Positions 7,027 to 16,171 are shown, counted from the first letter of the stretch. The stretch: DNA of 32,000 bases from Aquipuribacter hungaricus (GCF_042663885.1 NZ_JBHSXV010000001.1), one strand, 5' to 3'. The notes: generated by a model from the sequence alone, not told the origin. Numbers and translations: made by a program.

Positions 7027-7382
7027 GCGTCCAGCCGGTCGGCGCCGTGGGCGCCGGCACCAGCGGGGTCGCCGGCGTGTCCGCGGTCGCCGGGCTGTCC
7101 CCGTCGCTGCCGCCCGTCGCCCCCGACGCGGCCGCGGGCGCGGAGTTCGCCGGGGCGCTCCAGCAGGCCGGGCTCGGGGGCGCCGTCGGGCGCCTCGAGG
7201 ACCTCCAGCGCCTGCAGTCGACCGCGGACGACCTCGCCGTCAAGGCCGTCACCGGCCAGCTCGCCGACCCGAGCCAGTACACGATCGCGGCCACCGAGGC
7301 CCAGCTCGCCACCCAGATGACGGTGGCGGTCCGCAACAAGGCCGTCGAGGCCTACTCCGAGATCATGAGGATGCAGCTGTGA
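7023..7382 (+). CDS. fliE: Flagellar hook-basal body protein FliE
   Basis: The C-terminal part ...[44 protein letters not shown] matches the FliE signature. The flgB-flgC-fliE-fliF synteny supports the call. Confidence 0.85.
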   Translation: MSVQPVGAVGAGTSGVAGVSAVAGLSPSLPPVAPDAAAGAEFAGALQQAGLGGAVGRLEDLQRLQSTADDLAVKAVTGQLADPSQYTIAATEAQLATQMTVAVRNKAVEAYSEIMRMQL

Positions 7383-9010
7383 GCCCGCGCACCAAGGACC
7401 CCCGCGCCGCCGCGGGCCAGCAGGCCCGCCGCGCCCAGGCCGCCTGGGGCGAGCTGCCGGGCGCCCAGAAGACCCTCGGCGTCGTCGTCGCCCTCGCCCT
7501 GCTCGTCGGCGCGGTCGCGTTCGTCCAGTGGCAGCGCGCCCCCCAGCTCAGCCCCCTGTTCACCGGCCTGTCCTCCGCCGACGGCGGTGCCGTGGTCGAG
7601 GAGCTGCAGGCCGCGGGCGTCGCCTACGAGCTCACCGACGGCGGTGCGACCGTCCTGGTCCCCGAGGAGCAGGTGTACGACCTGCGCCTGCAGATGTCGG
7701 CGGCCGGGCTGCCCGGCGACGACACGGGCGGCTACTCGCTGCTGGACGAGCAGGGCGTCACCGCCTCGCAGTTCCAGCAGGAGGTCGCCTACCAGCGCGC
7801 GGTCGAGGGCGAGCTCGCCAAGACCATCGGCGCCATCGACGGCGTCGAGGCCGCGGTCGTCCACCTCGCCGTCCCCAAGAAGGACGTCTTCGTCGACGAG
7901 TCCGACGCCCCCACCGCCTCGGTGCTCGTGCAGACCCGCGCCGGCAAGACCCTGGACAAGGGCCAGGTCGCCTCGGTCGTCACGCTGGTCTCCAGCTCCG
8001 TCGAGGGCATGCTGCCCGAGGCCGTGAGCGTGGTCGACGGGACCGGGACGCTGCTGTCGGCCAAGGCCGCCGGGCCCGGCTCGGGCGGCGGCGTCGAGGC
8101 CGCGGACATGACCGCCGACTTCGAGACCCGCGTCGCCGGAGACCTGCAGACCCTGCTGGACACCGTGGTCGGCCCCGGCAACGCCGTCGCCACCGTCACC
8201 GCCGCGCTCGACTTCGACGCCACCGAGGCCACCACCGAGCGCTTCCTCGCCCCCGAGGAGGGCGTGCTGCCGCTGTCGGAGACCACCGAGGGCGAGCAGT
8301 ACACCGGCGCGGGCGGTGCCGGCGAGGCCGGCGTGCTCGGCCCGGACAACATCGTCGTCCCCAACATCACCGTGCAGGGCGAGGCGTCGGACAACGCCTA
8401 CTCCTCCGCCTCCAAGACCGTGAACAACGCGGTCGGCAAGGTCACCGAGCGGGTCGTCTCCGCCCCCGGCACCGTCGAGCGGCTCAGCGTCTCCGTGGTC
8501 GTCGACCGCGACGCCGTCGCCCGCACCGACATGCTCGCCCTGCAGGACACCGTGTCCGCGGCCGTCGGCCTGGACGCCGCCCGCGGCGACGTGGTGTCGG
8601 TGACCCAGATGCCCTTCGACGTCGGCGACGCCGAGGCCGTGGCCGCCGAGCTGGAGGCCGCCGGAGAGGCAGCCGCCGCCGAGGGCCGCCAGGACATGAT
8701 CTGGAACGCCGTCCTCGCCGGGCTGGTCCTGCTCGTCGTCATCATCACCCTGGTGATGGGCGCCCGGCGCAAGAAGCGCAGCGAGCCCGTCGACCTCGGC
8801 CTGTACGCCCCGGCCGACGACGAGCCCGTCGCGGTCCCGGCGATCCCCGCCCCCCGCGCCGAGGCCCTTCCCGCCGCCCCCGACCCCGAGGCCGCCCAGC
8901 TGGCCTCCCTCACCTCCCAGCGTGACGAGGTCATCGACCTCGTGGACCGCGAGCCGGCCGAGGTGGCCGAGCTGCTGCGGGGCTGGCTCGCCGACCGGAG
9001 GTCCTCGTGA
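7379..9010 (+). CDS. fliF: Flagellar MS-ring protein FliF (543 aa)
   Basis: In-frame part of track ORF 6977..9010, starting at GTG 7379, which overlaps the fliE stop. An N-terminal transmembrane segment ([17 protein letters not shown]) is followed by [53 protein letters not shown]...[34 protein letters not shown] and a C-terminal transmembrane segment ([17 protein letters not shown]). Confidence 0.92.
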   Translation: MSPRTKDPRAAAGQQARRAQAAWGELPGAQKTLGVVVALALLVGAVAFVQWQRAPQLSPLFTGLSSADGGAVVEELQAAGVAYELTDGGATVLVPEEQVYDLRLQMSAAGLPGDDTGGYSLLDEQGVTASQFQQEVAYQRAVEGELAKTIGAIDGVEAAVVHLAVPKKDVFVDESDAPTASVLVQTRAGKTLDKGQVASVVTLVSSSVEGMLPEAVSVVDGTGTLLSAKAAGPGSGGGVEAADMTADFETRVAGDLQTLLDTVVGPGNAVATVTAALDFDATEATTERFLAPEEGVLPLSETTEGEQYTGAGGAGEAGVLGPDNIVVPNITVQGEASDNAYSSASKTVNNAVGKVTERVVSAPGTVERLSVSVVVDRDAVARTDMLALQDTVSAAVGLDAARGDVVSVTQMPFDVGDAEAVAAELEAAGEAAAAEGRQDMIWNAVLAGLVLLVVIITLVMGARRKKRSEPVDLGLYAPADDEPVAVPAIPAPRAEALPAAPDPEAAQLASLTSQRDEVIDLVDREPAEVAELLRGWLADRRSS

Positions 9011-10071
9011 CTGTCGCCACCACCGACGCGCCGCAGGTCACGGCGCCCGCCGCCCCCGCCGCGCCCGACCTCAACGGCCTGCAGAAGGCCGCCGTCCTGC
9101 TCGTCATGCTCGGCAAGGACCGCGCCGCCAGCGTGCTGCGCCACCTCAAGGGCACCGACCTCGACGAGCTCGTCGCCCAGGTGGTCCGGCTGCGCAACGT
9201 CTCCCCGACGGTCGCGGCCGAGGTCCTCGGCCAGTTCCACACCATGGCCGTGCGCCAGGGCGTGGTCGGCGCCGGCGGCGAGGGCTACGCCCGGGACGTC
9301 CTCGAGCGCTCGCTCGGCAAGGCCGACGCCGGCGACGTCATGAAGCGCATCGCCACCGCGACCGCCGAGCGCCCGCTGAAGTTCCTCCAGGACGTCGACC
9401 CCCAGCAGCTCATGTCCATCCTGCGCGGCGAGCACCCGCAGACCATGGCCGCGGTGCTCGTCCACCTGCGCCCCGACCAGGCCTCGGTCGTCATGGCCGG
9501 CCTCGGCGCCGCCGACCAGGTCGCGGTCGCCCGCCGCCTGGCCACGACCGGCCGGTTCCAGCCCCACGCGCTCGTCGTCCTGCAGGACCTGCTCAAGGCC
9601 CGCACCTCCTCGGTGCTGCCGCAGACCTCGTCCGACGCGGTGACCGGCGGCCTGCAGTCCCTCGTCGACGTCATCAACCGCGCCGACGCCGCCACCGAGA
9701 AGGCCATCCTCGAGGGGCTCACCGAGCACGACCCCGCCCTGGCCGAGGAGGTCAAGGCCCGCCTGTTCGTCTTCGCCGACATCGTCGGCCTGGAGGACCG
9801 CGCGGTGCAGATGGTGCTGCGCCAGGTCGACTCCGCGGTCCTCGCCACGGCGCTCAAGAGCGTCGCCCAGGTGGTCCGCGACAAGGTCCTCGGCAACGTG
9901 TCCGAGCGCGCCCGGCAGGACCTCGTCGACGAGATCGAGGTGCTCGGCCAGGTCCGCAAGGCCGCCGTCGAGGAGGCGCAGGCCGCGATCGTGCAGATCA
10001 TCCGCTCGCTGGAGGAGTCCGGCCAGCTCGTCGTGCGCCGCGGCGGGGGTGACGACGATGAGTACGTCTGA
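9007..10071 (+). CDS. fliG: Flagellar motor switch protein FliG
   Basis: LNGLQKAAVLLVMLGKDRAASVLRHL...LKFLQDVDPQQLMSILRGEHPQTMAAVLVHL...EVKARLFVFADIVGLEDRAVQMVLRQVD...MSERARQDLVDEIEVLG matches conserved FliG segments. Confidence 0.93.
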   Translation: MTVATTDAPQVTAPAAPAAPDLNGLQKAAVLLVMLGKDRAASVLRHLKGTDLDELVAQVVRLRNVSPTVAAEVLGQFHTMAVRQGVVGAGGEGYARDVLERSLGKADAGDVMKRIATATAERPLKFLQDVDPQQLMSILRGEHPQTMAAVLVHLRPDQASVVMAGLGAADQVAVARRLATTGRFQPHALVVLQDLLKARTSSVLPQTSSDAVTGGLQSLVDVINRADAATEKAILEGLTEHDPALAEEVKARLFVFADIVGLEDRAVQMVLRQVDSAVLATALKSVAQVVRDKVLGNVSERARQDLVDEIEVLGQVRKAAVEEAQAAIVQIIRSLEESGQLVVRRGGGDDDEYV

Positions 10072-10744
10072 GCTCGAGGTCCGCCCCTTCGTCCCGGGCA
10101 GCCTCACCGGCCCCCGGGAGCGGGGCGTCGCCGACCTCACCGCCGACCCCGCCCGTGACGCCGGCCGCCAGTCCGGCTTCGTCACCGGGTACGCCACCGG
10201 CTACAGCGAGGGGCTGCGCCGCGCGGCGGCCACCGTCGCCGCGCAGGAGGCGGCCCGCGACGCCGCCCTGGCCCGCGAGCTCGACCAGCTCCGCGCCGCC
10301 GCCGGCTCGGCGCTGCTCGCGCTGCGCTCGGCCGCCGTCCAGGTCCAGGAGGACGGCGTGGTCGAGGCCGGCGCCATGGCCGAGGTCGTGGCCCGGTGCG
10401 CGGCCGAGCTCGCCGAGCAGGTCGTGCTGTCCGCGGCCCCGGGCGCCGGTGCCCTCCTGGCCCGGATCCTCCGCGGCATCGACGGCACCCCCGCCGGCAC
10501 CGTCGTCGCCGTCCGCGTCGACCCCGCGGGCGTGCGCGCCCTCGAGCGGGCCGGCGTCCTGCAGGACGGCCTGCCCGACGGGGTCACCGTGGTCGCCGAC
10601 CCCCGCCTGGGCCCCGGCGACGTCGTGGTCCGGACCGGCGCCGCGACCGTCAGCGACCTGCTCCGTCCCGCGGTCGCCGCGGCCGCCGCCGGCTTCGCCC
10701 CGGGCGGGGACGCCTCCTCGCCGTTCGCGGTGGCCGCCCGGTGA
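10058..10744 (+). CDS. fliH: Flagellar export-ATPase regulator FliH
   Basis: Located between fliG and fliI. GFVTGYATGYSEGLRRAAATVAAQEAARDAALAREL... resembles the FliH coiled-coil region, and the C-terminal ...VVADPRLGPGDVVVRTGAATVSDLL fits the FliH C-domain. The start is ATG 10058 (GGGGG upstream) or GTG 10049. Confidence 0.75.
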   Translation: MSTSELEVRPFVPGSLTGPRERGVADLTADPARDAGRQSGFVTGYATGYSEGLRRAAATVAAQEAARDAALARELDQLRAAAGSALLALRSAAVQVQEDGVVEAGAMAEVVARCAAELAEQVVLSAAPGAGALLARILRGIDGTPAGTVVAVRVDPAGVRALERAGVLQDGLPDGVTVVADPRLGPGDVVVRTGAATVSDLLRPAVAAAAAGFAPGGDASSPFAVAAR

Positions 10745-12084
10745 GCACCGCCGCCGCGCGCCGCGTCGAGGCCCTCCTCCGGCCCCGGCTCCGCGTCGCC
10801 GCACTGGCCGCCGCCCCCGCCCGCTCGGGCCGCATCAGCGCCGTCCTCGGCCTGGGCGTCGAGGTCGACGGGGTGCGCGCCGCGGTCGGCGAGACCGTCC
10901 TGCTCGGCGAGGGCGACCTCACCACCGAGGCCGAGGTCGTCGCCGCCTCCGGCACCCGCCTCAGCTGCACCCCGCTGCGGGGCGTGTCCGGCCTGGCCGT
11001 CGGCACCACCGCGCGCGCCGCCGGCACCCGCGCCCGGATCCCCCTCGGCCGCGCCCTGCTCGGCCGGGTCGTCGACCCGACCGGCGCGCCGCTCGACGGC
11101 CTGCCCGCGCCCGCGGTCACCGCCTGGGGCGAGGTCGAGGTCGACGCCCCGTCCCCGCTGGCCCGCGGCCGCATCACCACCCGGCTGCCGCTCGGTGTCC
11201 GGGTCCTCGACGCGTTCACGCCGGTCGGCCGCGGCCAGCGCATGGGCGTCTTCGCCGGCTCCGGCGTCGGCAAGTCCTCCCTGCTGTCCATGATCACGCG
11301 CAACAACGAGGCCGCCGTCACCGTCATCGCCCTGGTCGGCGAGCGCGGCCGCGAGGTCCGGCAGTTCATCGAGGACGACCTCGGCCCCGAGGGCCTGGCC
11401 CGGTCCGTGGTCGTCGTGTCCACCTCCGACGACCCGCCCCTGCTGCGCCTGCGCGCCGCGTTCGCCGCCACCCGGATCGCCGAGGGGTTCGCCGCCGAGG
11501 GCGCCGACGTCGTCCTGCTCATGGACTCCCTCACCCGCGTCGCCCACGCCCAGCGCGAGGTCGCGCTGTCGGCGGGGGAGCCGCCCGCCACCCGCGGCTT
11601 CCCGCCGTCGGTGTTCACCATGCTGCCGCGCCTGCTCGAGCGCGCCGGGCCGCTGTCGACCGGGTCGATCACCGCCGTCTACACCGTCCTCGTCGACGGC
11701 GACGACCACAACGAGCCCGTCGCCGACGCCGTCCGGGGCCTGCTCGACGGCCACCTCGTCCTCGACCGCGCGATCGCCACCTCCGGCCGGTTCCCCAGCG
11801 TCGACGTGCTCGGCTCCGTGTCCCGCCTGGCGCCCCACGTCAGCACCGCCGAGGAGCTGCGCGCCGCCTCCCGCGTGCGCCGGATGCTCGCCGCGCACCG
11901 CGAGGCCAAGGACCTCGTGGAGGTCGGCGCCTACGTGTCCGGGACCAACGCCGACGTCGACGCCGCCCTGCGGCTCCAGCGCCCGGTCGAGGCGTTCCTG
12001 CGCCAGGGCCTCGCCGAGCCGGCGCCGGCGTGGGAGACCAGCCAGGCGCTCCAGGCGCTGGCCCACGCGGCGGGCGACGCATGA
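10741..12084 (+). CDS. fliI: Flagellum-specific type III export ATPase FliI (447 aa)
   Basis: In-frame part of track ORF 10396..12084, from GTG 10741. Walker A is GVFAGSGVGKSSLL and Walker B region is DVVLLMDSLTRVAHAQREVALSAGEPPATRGFPPSVF. This is an F1/T3SS-type ATPase. Confidence 0.95.
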   Translation: MSTAAARRVEALLRPRLRVAALAAAPARSGRISAVLGLGVEVDGVRAAVGETVLLGEGDLTTEAEVVAASGTRLSCTPLRGVSGLAVGTTARAAGTRARIPLGRALLGRVVDPTGAPLDGLPAPAVTAWGEVEVDAPSPLARGRITTRLPLGVRVLDAFTPVGRGQRMGVFAGSGVGKSSLLSMITRNNEAAVTVIALVGERGREVRQFIEDDLGPEGLARSVVVVSTSDDPPLLRLRAAFAATRIAEGFAAEGADVVLLMDSLTRVAHAQREVALSAGEPPATRGFPPSVFTMLPRLLERAGPLSTGSITAVYTVLVDGDDHNEPVADAVRGLLDGHLVLDRAIATSGRFPSVDVLGSVSRLAPHVSTAEELRAASRVRRMLAAHREAKDLVEVGAYVSGTNADVDAALRLQRPVEAFLRQGLAEPAPAWETSQALQALAHAAGDA

Positions 12085-12533
12085 GCCTCGTCGGGCTGCT
12101 CGGCCTGCGGCGCACCGCCCGCACCGCCGCCGAGCGCGACCGGGTCGCCGCCACCGCCGTGCGCGCCCGCACCCAGGAGCTGCGCGACGACGTGGTGGGC
12201 CGGATGCACGGCGACCCCCACCTCACCGACTGCGCCGGCGACGTCCGGCTGCTGCTCGCCCGCCGGGCCGGCCAGCTCGCCGACCTGTCCCGCGCCGACG
12301 ACATGCTCGCCCTCGCCGTGCAGGAGGAGGACCGCCAGCAGGTGCTCGTCGCCCAGGCGCGGCTGCGGCTCAAGGCCGTCGAGCGGCTGCAGGAGCGCCG
12401 CCAGACCGAGGAGCGCCTGCAGCGCGACCGCCGCGCTGCGCTGGAGCTCGAGGACGTCGTCGCCGGTGTCCGCCGCGCCCGGGCCGACGCCGCCCGCGCC
12501 ACCCAGGACGAGCGGGACGGGGACCCGCGGTGA
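12081..12533 (+). CDS. fliJ: Probable FliJ (export-apparatus stalk / chaperone-escort protein)
   Basis: In-frame tail of track ORF 10155..12533, from ATG 12081, which overlaps the fliI stop (ATGA). The 150-aa product is Arg/Glu-rich and looks like a coiled coil (...QARLRLKAVERLQERRQTEERLQRDRRAALELEDVV...). Its position directly after fliI supports the call. Confidence 0.6.
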   Translation: MSLVGLLGLRRTARTAAERDRVAATAVRARTQELRDDVVGRMHGDPHLTDCAGDVRLLLARRAGQLADLSRADDMLALAVQEEDRQQVLVAQARLRLKAVERLQERRQTEERLQRDRRAALELEDVVAGVRRARADAARATQDERDGDPR

Positions 12534-13573
12534 GCGTGATCGAGGTCCAGGCGCGCGTCGCGTCCATCGCCGGCCGGCTCGACACCCTCTCCGCGCGCCG
12601 CGCCACCGTCGACCCGGCTGCCGCCGCGGCCTTCGCGGCCCGGCTCGCGGGCGCGACGTCGGCCACCACGGGCGCCGGCACGCCGGGCGCCGCCGGGACC
12701 ACCGCCGCTGCCGCTGCCGGCGCGACCGGCCCCCGCACCGCGGGCGGGCCCACCGGCGGCGACGTCGTCGACGCCGCCCGCCGCTACCTCGGCGTCCCCT
12801 ACCGGTGGGGCGGCACCGACCCGGCCACCGGCCTGGACTGCTCCGGCTTCGTGCAGCGCGTCTTCGCCGACCTGGGCGTCGACCTGCCCCGCACCGTCGC
12901 CGACCAGCGCCACGCGGGCACCGCGGTGGCCTCCATGGCCGACGCCCGCCCGGGCGACCTGCTCGTCTTCGACAGCGCGGGCTCGCCGAGCGGCCGCCAC
13001 ATCGGCATCTACGTCGGTGACGGCCAGATGATCGCCTCGCCCAAGAAGGGCGAGGACGTGAGCATCATGAAGGTCTGGGACGACGTCGCCGCCATCCGCC
13101 GGGTCGTGCCCGACGGCAGCGCCGCTCCCGCCGCGATTGCCGCGACCGCCGGGGTGCAGGCCGCCGCCCGGCCTGCCTGGGCGGCCCCGAGCACCGACCT
13201 GGCCGGCGTCTTCGCCGACGCCACGGCCCGGTACTCCCTGCCCGAGGGCCTGCTCGCCGCCGTCGCGCAGAAGGAGTCCGGGATGCGCGCCGACGCGGTC
13301 AGCCCGGCCGGCGCGCGCGGTCTCATGCAGCTCATGCCCGGTACCGCCAAGGAGCTCGGGGTCGACCCCATGGTCCCGGCGCAGGCCGTCGACGGCGCCG
13401 CCCGCTACCTGCGGCAGCAGCTGGACGCCTTCGGGTCCGTCGACCTCGCCCTCGCCGCCTACAACGCCGGCCCCGGCGCGGTCCGCCGCCACGGCGGCAT
13501 CCCCCCGTACGCCGAGACCCAGAACTACGTGACGGCCGTCATGGCGGCCATGAAGGACGGACGGACCGCATGA
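12530..13573 (+). CDS. Bifunctional peptidoglycan hydrolase: NlpC/P60 endopeptidase domain plus SLT-type lytic transglycosylase domain (347 aa)
   Basis: NlpC/P60 part: YLGVPYRWGGTDPATGLDCSGFVQRVF...GDLLVF...GRHIGIYVGDGQMIASP (Cys and His present). SLT part: LLAAVAQKESGMRADAVSPAGARGLMQLMPGTA...LALAAYNAGPGAVRRHGGIPPYAETQNYV (catalytic Glu-Ser motif present). There is no hydrophobic Sec-type N-terminus. Confidence 0.85.
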   Translation: MSVIEVQARVASIAGRLDTLSARRATVDPAAAAAFAARLAGATSATTGAGTPGAAGTTAAAAAGATGPRTAGGPTGGDVVDAARRYLGVPYRWGGTDPATGLDCSGFVQRVFADLGVDLPRTVADQRHAGTAVASMADARPGDLLVFDSAGSPSGRHIGIYVGDGQMIASPKKGEDVSIMKVWDDVAAIRRVVPDGSAAPAAIAATAGVQAAARPAWAAPSTDLAGVFADATARYSLPEGLLAAVAQKESGMRADAVSPAGARGLMQLMPGTAKELGVDPMVPAQAVDGAARYLRQQLDAFGSVDLALAAYNAGPGAVRRHGGIPPYAETQNYVTAVMAAMKDGRTA

Positions 13574-15435
13574 GCATCCGCACCCCTGCAGGGACCCCCC
13601 GCGTGGAGGACCTCCTCGCCGCCCGCACCGCCCGCCCCGGGACGACCGGCGGCACGGGCGACGGCGCCGGCGCGTTCGACCGCGTCCTGCGCGACGCCCG
13701 GCGCGCCGACCCCGCCGCCGGCCGCACGCCGCTCCCCGCCGGCCGGGGCCCGCTCCCCGCTGCCGGTGGTGCCCTCGACCGGGTCGCCGACCGGGCGCTC
13801 GACCGTGCCGCCGACCGGGCTGCCGACCGTCGTGCCGACCTGGCCGACCGGGCCGCGGCGCGCGGACGGCTGCCGTGGGCCACCGGGCAGGAACGCCGCC
13901 CCGTCGAGGGCCGCGACGCCGCCCCCGCCGACCGCGCCGGCTCGCGCGACGCCGACCGGGCCGACCGGGCCGACCGGGCCGACCGTGGCCACGCCGCCGA
14001 CCGGACCGCGGACGCCGCGTCGTCCGGGCGTCGCGCGACCTCCACCGACCGGCCGTCCAGCACCGACTCCGATGACCGGACCGGCGCGGCAGAGACCCGC
14101 ACGACGGACCCGGACCAGACCCGCACCGACCGCACCGGCACCGACCAGACCGGCACCGACCAGACCGGCACCGACCAGGCCTGGACGGGGACGGCCGTCA
14201 CCGACCCGGCCGACGCCGGCACGGTGGCGGCCCCGCTCGCCGCCGCGACGACGACCGGCGTTCCCGCCGACGGCGTCACCGCACCCACGACCGGCGCCCC
14301 GGGCGGTCTGGCCGGGAGCGCGGAAGGCGCCACGGCCGAGCCCGCACCTGCCGCCGGCACCGGGACCCTCGCCCAGACCGGCACGCCCGGGGACATCGAC
14401 AGCCCGACCACCGCTGCCACCACCACGGGCAACCCGACCACCCCCGACGCGGGCGCCGGCGCTGCTCCCGCCACCGGCGCCACCACCTCGTCCGCGACCA
14501 GCGGCGCCACGGCAGCCACCGCTGACCAGGCCACCCCGGACGCGACCGGCCAGGCCGTCCCCGCGGGGCAGCCCGACCGGACGGACCGGGCCACCCAGGC
14601 AGACCTGACCGGGCAGCCGAGCACGGCAGCGACCGCCGCCGGTGCCGCGCCGGTCGCGACCGGCACGGCCGCCGCGGGCGCGGACGGCACGGGCAGCACG
14701 AGCAGCACGAGTACCCACGGCGCGACGGGCAGCCCTCTCGCCGGGCTCTCCGGCGCCGCAGGCCTGCCCGGCTCCGGCTCCGGCTCCGGCGCGGCCGACC
14801 CGGGCGCGGGCGACGCCGGCACCGACGACCGCGGCAGCGCCCCCGCCCCGTCCGGCACCACGACGGGCAGCACCACGACGGGCGGCACCACGACGAGCAG
14901 CACCGCGACGAGCACCACCGGCGCCGCGCAGGCCCCGGCCGCCCCGGTCGCCACCGGCGCGCCGACCACCCCGGCCGCACCTCCCGCCGCGTCCATCGGG
15001 CCGTTCACCCTGCAGCAGATGGACGCCGTGGCCGCCGCCACCCGCGCCCGCGTCCTGGCCGCCGGCCTGGGCGAGATCACGCGCCTGGTCGTCCACCTGT
15101 CGCCCGAGGACCTGGGCCCGGTGCGGATCACCGCCGAGCAGACGTCGCAGGGCGTGCAGGTGGAGCTCGCCGGCGGCGACGAGACCGTCCGCGAGGCGCT
15201 CCGGACCTCCCTCGACGACCTGCGCCAGCAGCTCGACGCCGGCTCCGGCGGGCGGCAGGACCCCCGTGACACCGGCCGCTGGGGCGCGGGCGGCGACGCC
15301 GACGGCCGGCGCGCGCCGCGACCGCTGCCGGCCCCCGCGGCCCCGCCCGCCGCCGTCCCGGCGGCCCCCGCGGCCGACCCGGGCCGCCGGACGGTGCCCG
15401 GCGCGGGGCACCGCGGCGTGGACGTCCGCGCCTGA
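13570..15435 (+). CDS. fliK: Hook-length control protein FliK (621 aa), with a long low-complexity central region
   Basis: The C-terminal part ...ITRLVVHLSPEDLGPVRITAEQTSQGVQVELAGGDETVREALRTSLDDLRQQL matches the FliK C-terminal (Flg_hook) domain. Its position before flgD-flgE supports the call. The central T/G/A/P/D-rich region contains tandem repeats. Confidence 0.8.
   Translation: MSIRTPAGTPRVEDLLAARTARPGTTGGTGDGAGAFDRVLRDARRADPAAGRTPLPAGRGPLPAAGGALDRVADRALDRAADRAADRRADLADRAAARGRLPWATGQERRPVEGRDAAPADRAGSRDADRADRADRADRGHAADRTADAASSGRRATSTDRPSSTDSDDRTGAAETRTTDPDQTRTDRTGTDQTGTDQTGTDQAWTGTAVTDPADAGTVAAPLAAATTTGVPADGVTAPTTGAPGGLAGSAEGATAEPAPAAGTGTLAQTGTPGDIDSPTTAATTTGNPTTPDAGAGAAPATGATTSSATSGATAATADQATPDATGQAVPAGQPDRTDRATQADLTGQPSTAATAAGAAPVATGTAAAGADGTGSTSSTSTHGATGSPLAGLSGAAGLPGSGSGSGAADPGAGDAGTDDRGSAPAPSGTTTGSTTTGGTTTSSTATSTTGAAQAPAAPVATGAPTTPAAPPAASIGPFTLQQMDAVAAATRARVLAAGLGEITRLVVHLSPEDLGPVRITAEQTSQGVQVELAGGDETVREALRTSLDDLRQQLDAGSGGRQDPRDTGRWGAGGDADGRRAPRPLPAPAAPPAAVPAAPAADPGRRTVPGAGHRGVDVRA
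13951..13986 (+). repeat. 4 x 9-bp in-frame tandem repeat (GCCGACCGG; last copy GCCGACCGT) inside fliK, encoding (ADR)n
   Basis: Read directly from the sequence; it encodes DADRADRADRADRG. Confidence 0.9.
14134..14178 (+). repeat. 3 x 15-bp perfect in-frame tandem repeat (ACCGGCACCGACCAG) inside fliK, encoding (TGTDQ)3
   Basis: Copies at 14134..14148, 14149..14163 and 14164..14178, preceded by a degenerate copy (DQTRTDR). Confidence 0.95.
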
Positions 15436-15459
15436 CCGGCACGAGTTCGCCCGGACGGC

Positions 15460-15487
15460 TCAGGCCGGGGCCCCCACGCGCCGAGAC
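15460..15487 (+). promoter_or_regulatory. Candidate sigma-28-like promoter for flgD: TCAG-N16-GCCGAGAC
   Basis: gcTCAGgccggggcccccacgcGCCGAGAC, located in the 102-nt fliK-flgD gap. Confidence 0.3.
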
Positions 15488-15537
15488 ACCCACAGCAGCG
15501 CCCACCCGCACGGGCGCACGTCCCAGGAAGGACCTCG

Positions 15538-16092
15538 ATGAGCGTCCCCACCACCGGCACGAACCCGGCGTTCCCCGCCTGGACCCCGCCGAGCACCACC
15601 GCGTCGGCCGCGGGCTCCGAGCTGGGCAAGGACGCCTTCCTCAAGCTCCTCGTCGCGCAGCTGCGCTACCAGGACCCGATGAACCCCGCCGAGGGTGCCG
15701 AGTTCATCGCCCAGACCGCCCAGTTCACCCAGGTCGAGAAGCTGCAGGAGGTCGCCGACTCCACGTCCGCCTCGCTCACGCTGCAGCAGCGCTGGGGTGC
15801 CGGGGCCACCGTCGGCCGCCAGGTCGACTACCTCGGCGCGGACGGGCTGCCCGCCTCGGGCACGGTCACCGCCGCCGTGTTCACCTCCGACGAGCCCGTC
15901 CTGCGGGTGACGACGCCGACCGGTGCCACGGTCCAGGTGCCGTTCGCGGCCGTCCAGGGCATGCGCGACGCCGCCGCCCAGGCGACCGCCCCGCCCGCGG
16001 CCCAGACCGCACCGCCGGCCGCGCCGCCGGCCCAGCCGACCACCCCGCCCGCCGACCCGCCTGCCACCACGCCGCCCGCCGGGACGGCCTGA
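15538..16092 (+). CDS. flgD: Hook capping/assembly protein FlgD
   Basis: LGKDAFLKLLVAQLRYQDPMNPAEGAEFIAQTAQFTQVEKL is the FlgD signature. GGAAGGA lies upstream of the ATG. Confidence 0.92.
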   Translation: MSVPTTGTNPAFPAWTPPSTTASAAGSELGKDAFLKLLVAQLRYQDPMNPAEGAEFIAQTAQFTQVEKLQEVADSTSASLTLQQRWGAGATVGRQVDYLGADGLPASGTVTAAVFTSDEPVLRVTTPTGATVQVPFAAVQGMRDAAAQATAPPAAQTAPPAAPPAQPTTPPADPPATTPPAGTA

Positions 16093-16094
16093 GG

Positions 16095-16122
16095 TCCACC
16101 GGACCTGATCCACCGGACCTGA
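16095..16122 (+). repeat. 2 x 14-bp perfect tandem duplication (TCCACCGGACCTGA) in the flgD-flgE gap
   Basis: 16095..16108 equals 16109..16122. The first copy also lies in a small palindrome, GGTCC-acc-GGACC (16093..16105). Confidence 0.95.
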
Positions 16123-16171
16123 CCCGCCCGACCGACCGTCCCCGCACCGCCCACGACCTCAGGAGGTCACC

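Noticed and set aside
8398-13492. Long minus-strand ORFs 8398..10197 (599 aa), 10201..12066 (621 aa), 10650..11672 and 11840..13492 (550 aa)
   Set aside because: They lie opposite fliF, fliG, fliH, fliI, fliJ and the hydrolase gene, all of which have strong family signatures on the plus strand. The antisense products are Gly/Arg/Asp/Ala repeats with no motifs.
13525-15644. Minus-strand ORFs 13525..15411 (628 aa) and 13539..15644 (701 aa), plus alternative plus-frame ORFs inside fliK
   Set aside because: Only the 13570..15435 frame ends in a recognisable FliK C-terminal domain and is coupled (ATGA) to the upstream gene. The low-complexity repeats keep all frames open, so ORF length alone says little about coding here.
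16099-16116. An 18-nt exact match (CCGGACCTGATCCACCGG) between the flgD-flgE gap (16099..16116) and the flbD coding sequence (17627..17644); both could read P-D-L-I-H-R
   Set aside because: By my rough estimate, a single 18-mer recurrence in a 32-kb window of this extreme composition is not far from chance expectation. One copy is coding and the other is not, and no flanking similarity extends the match.
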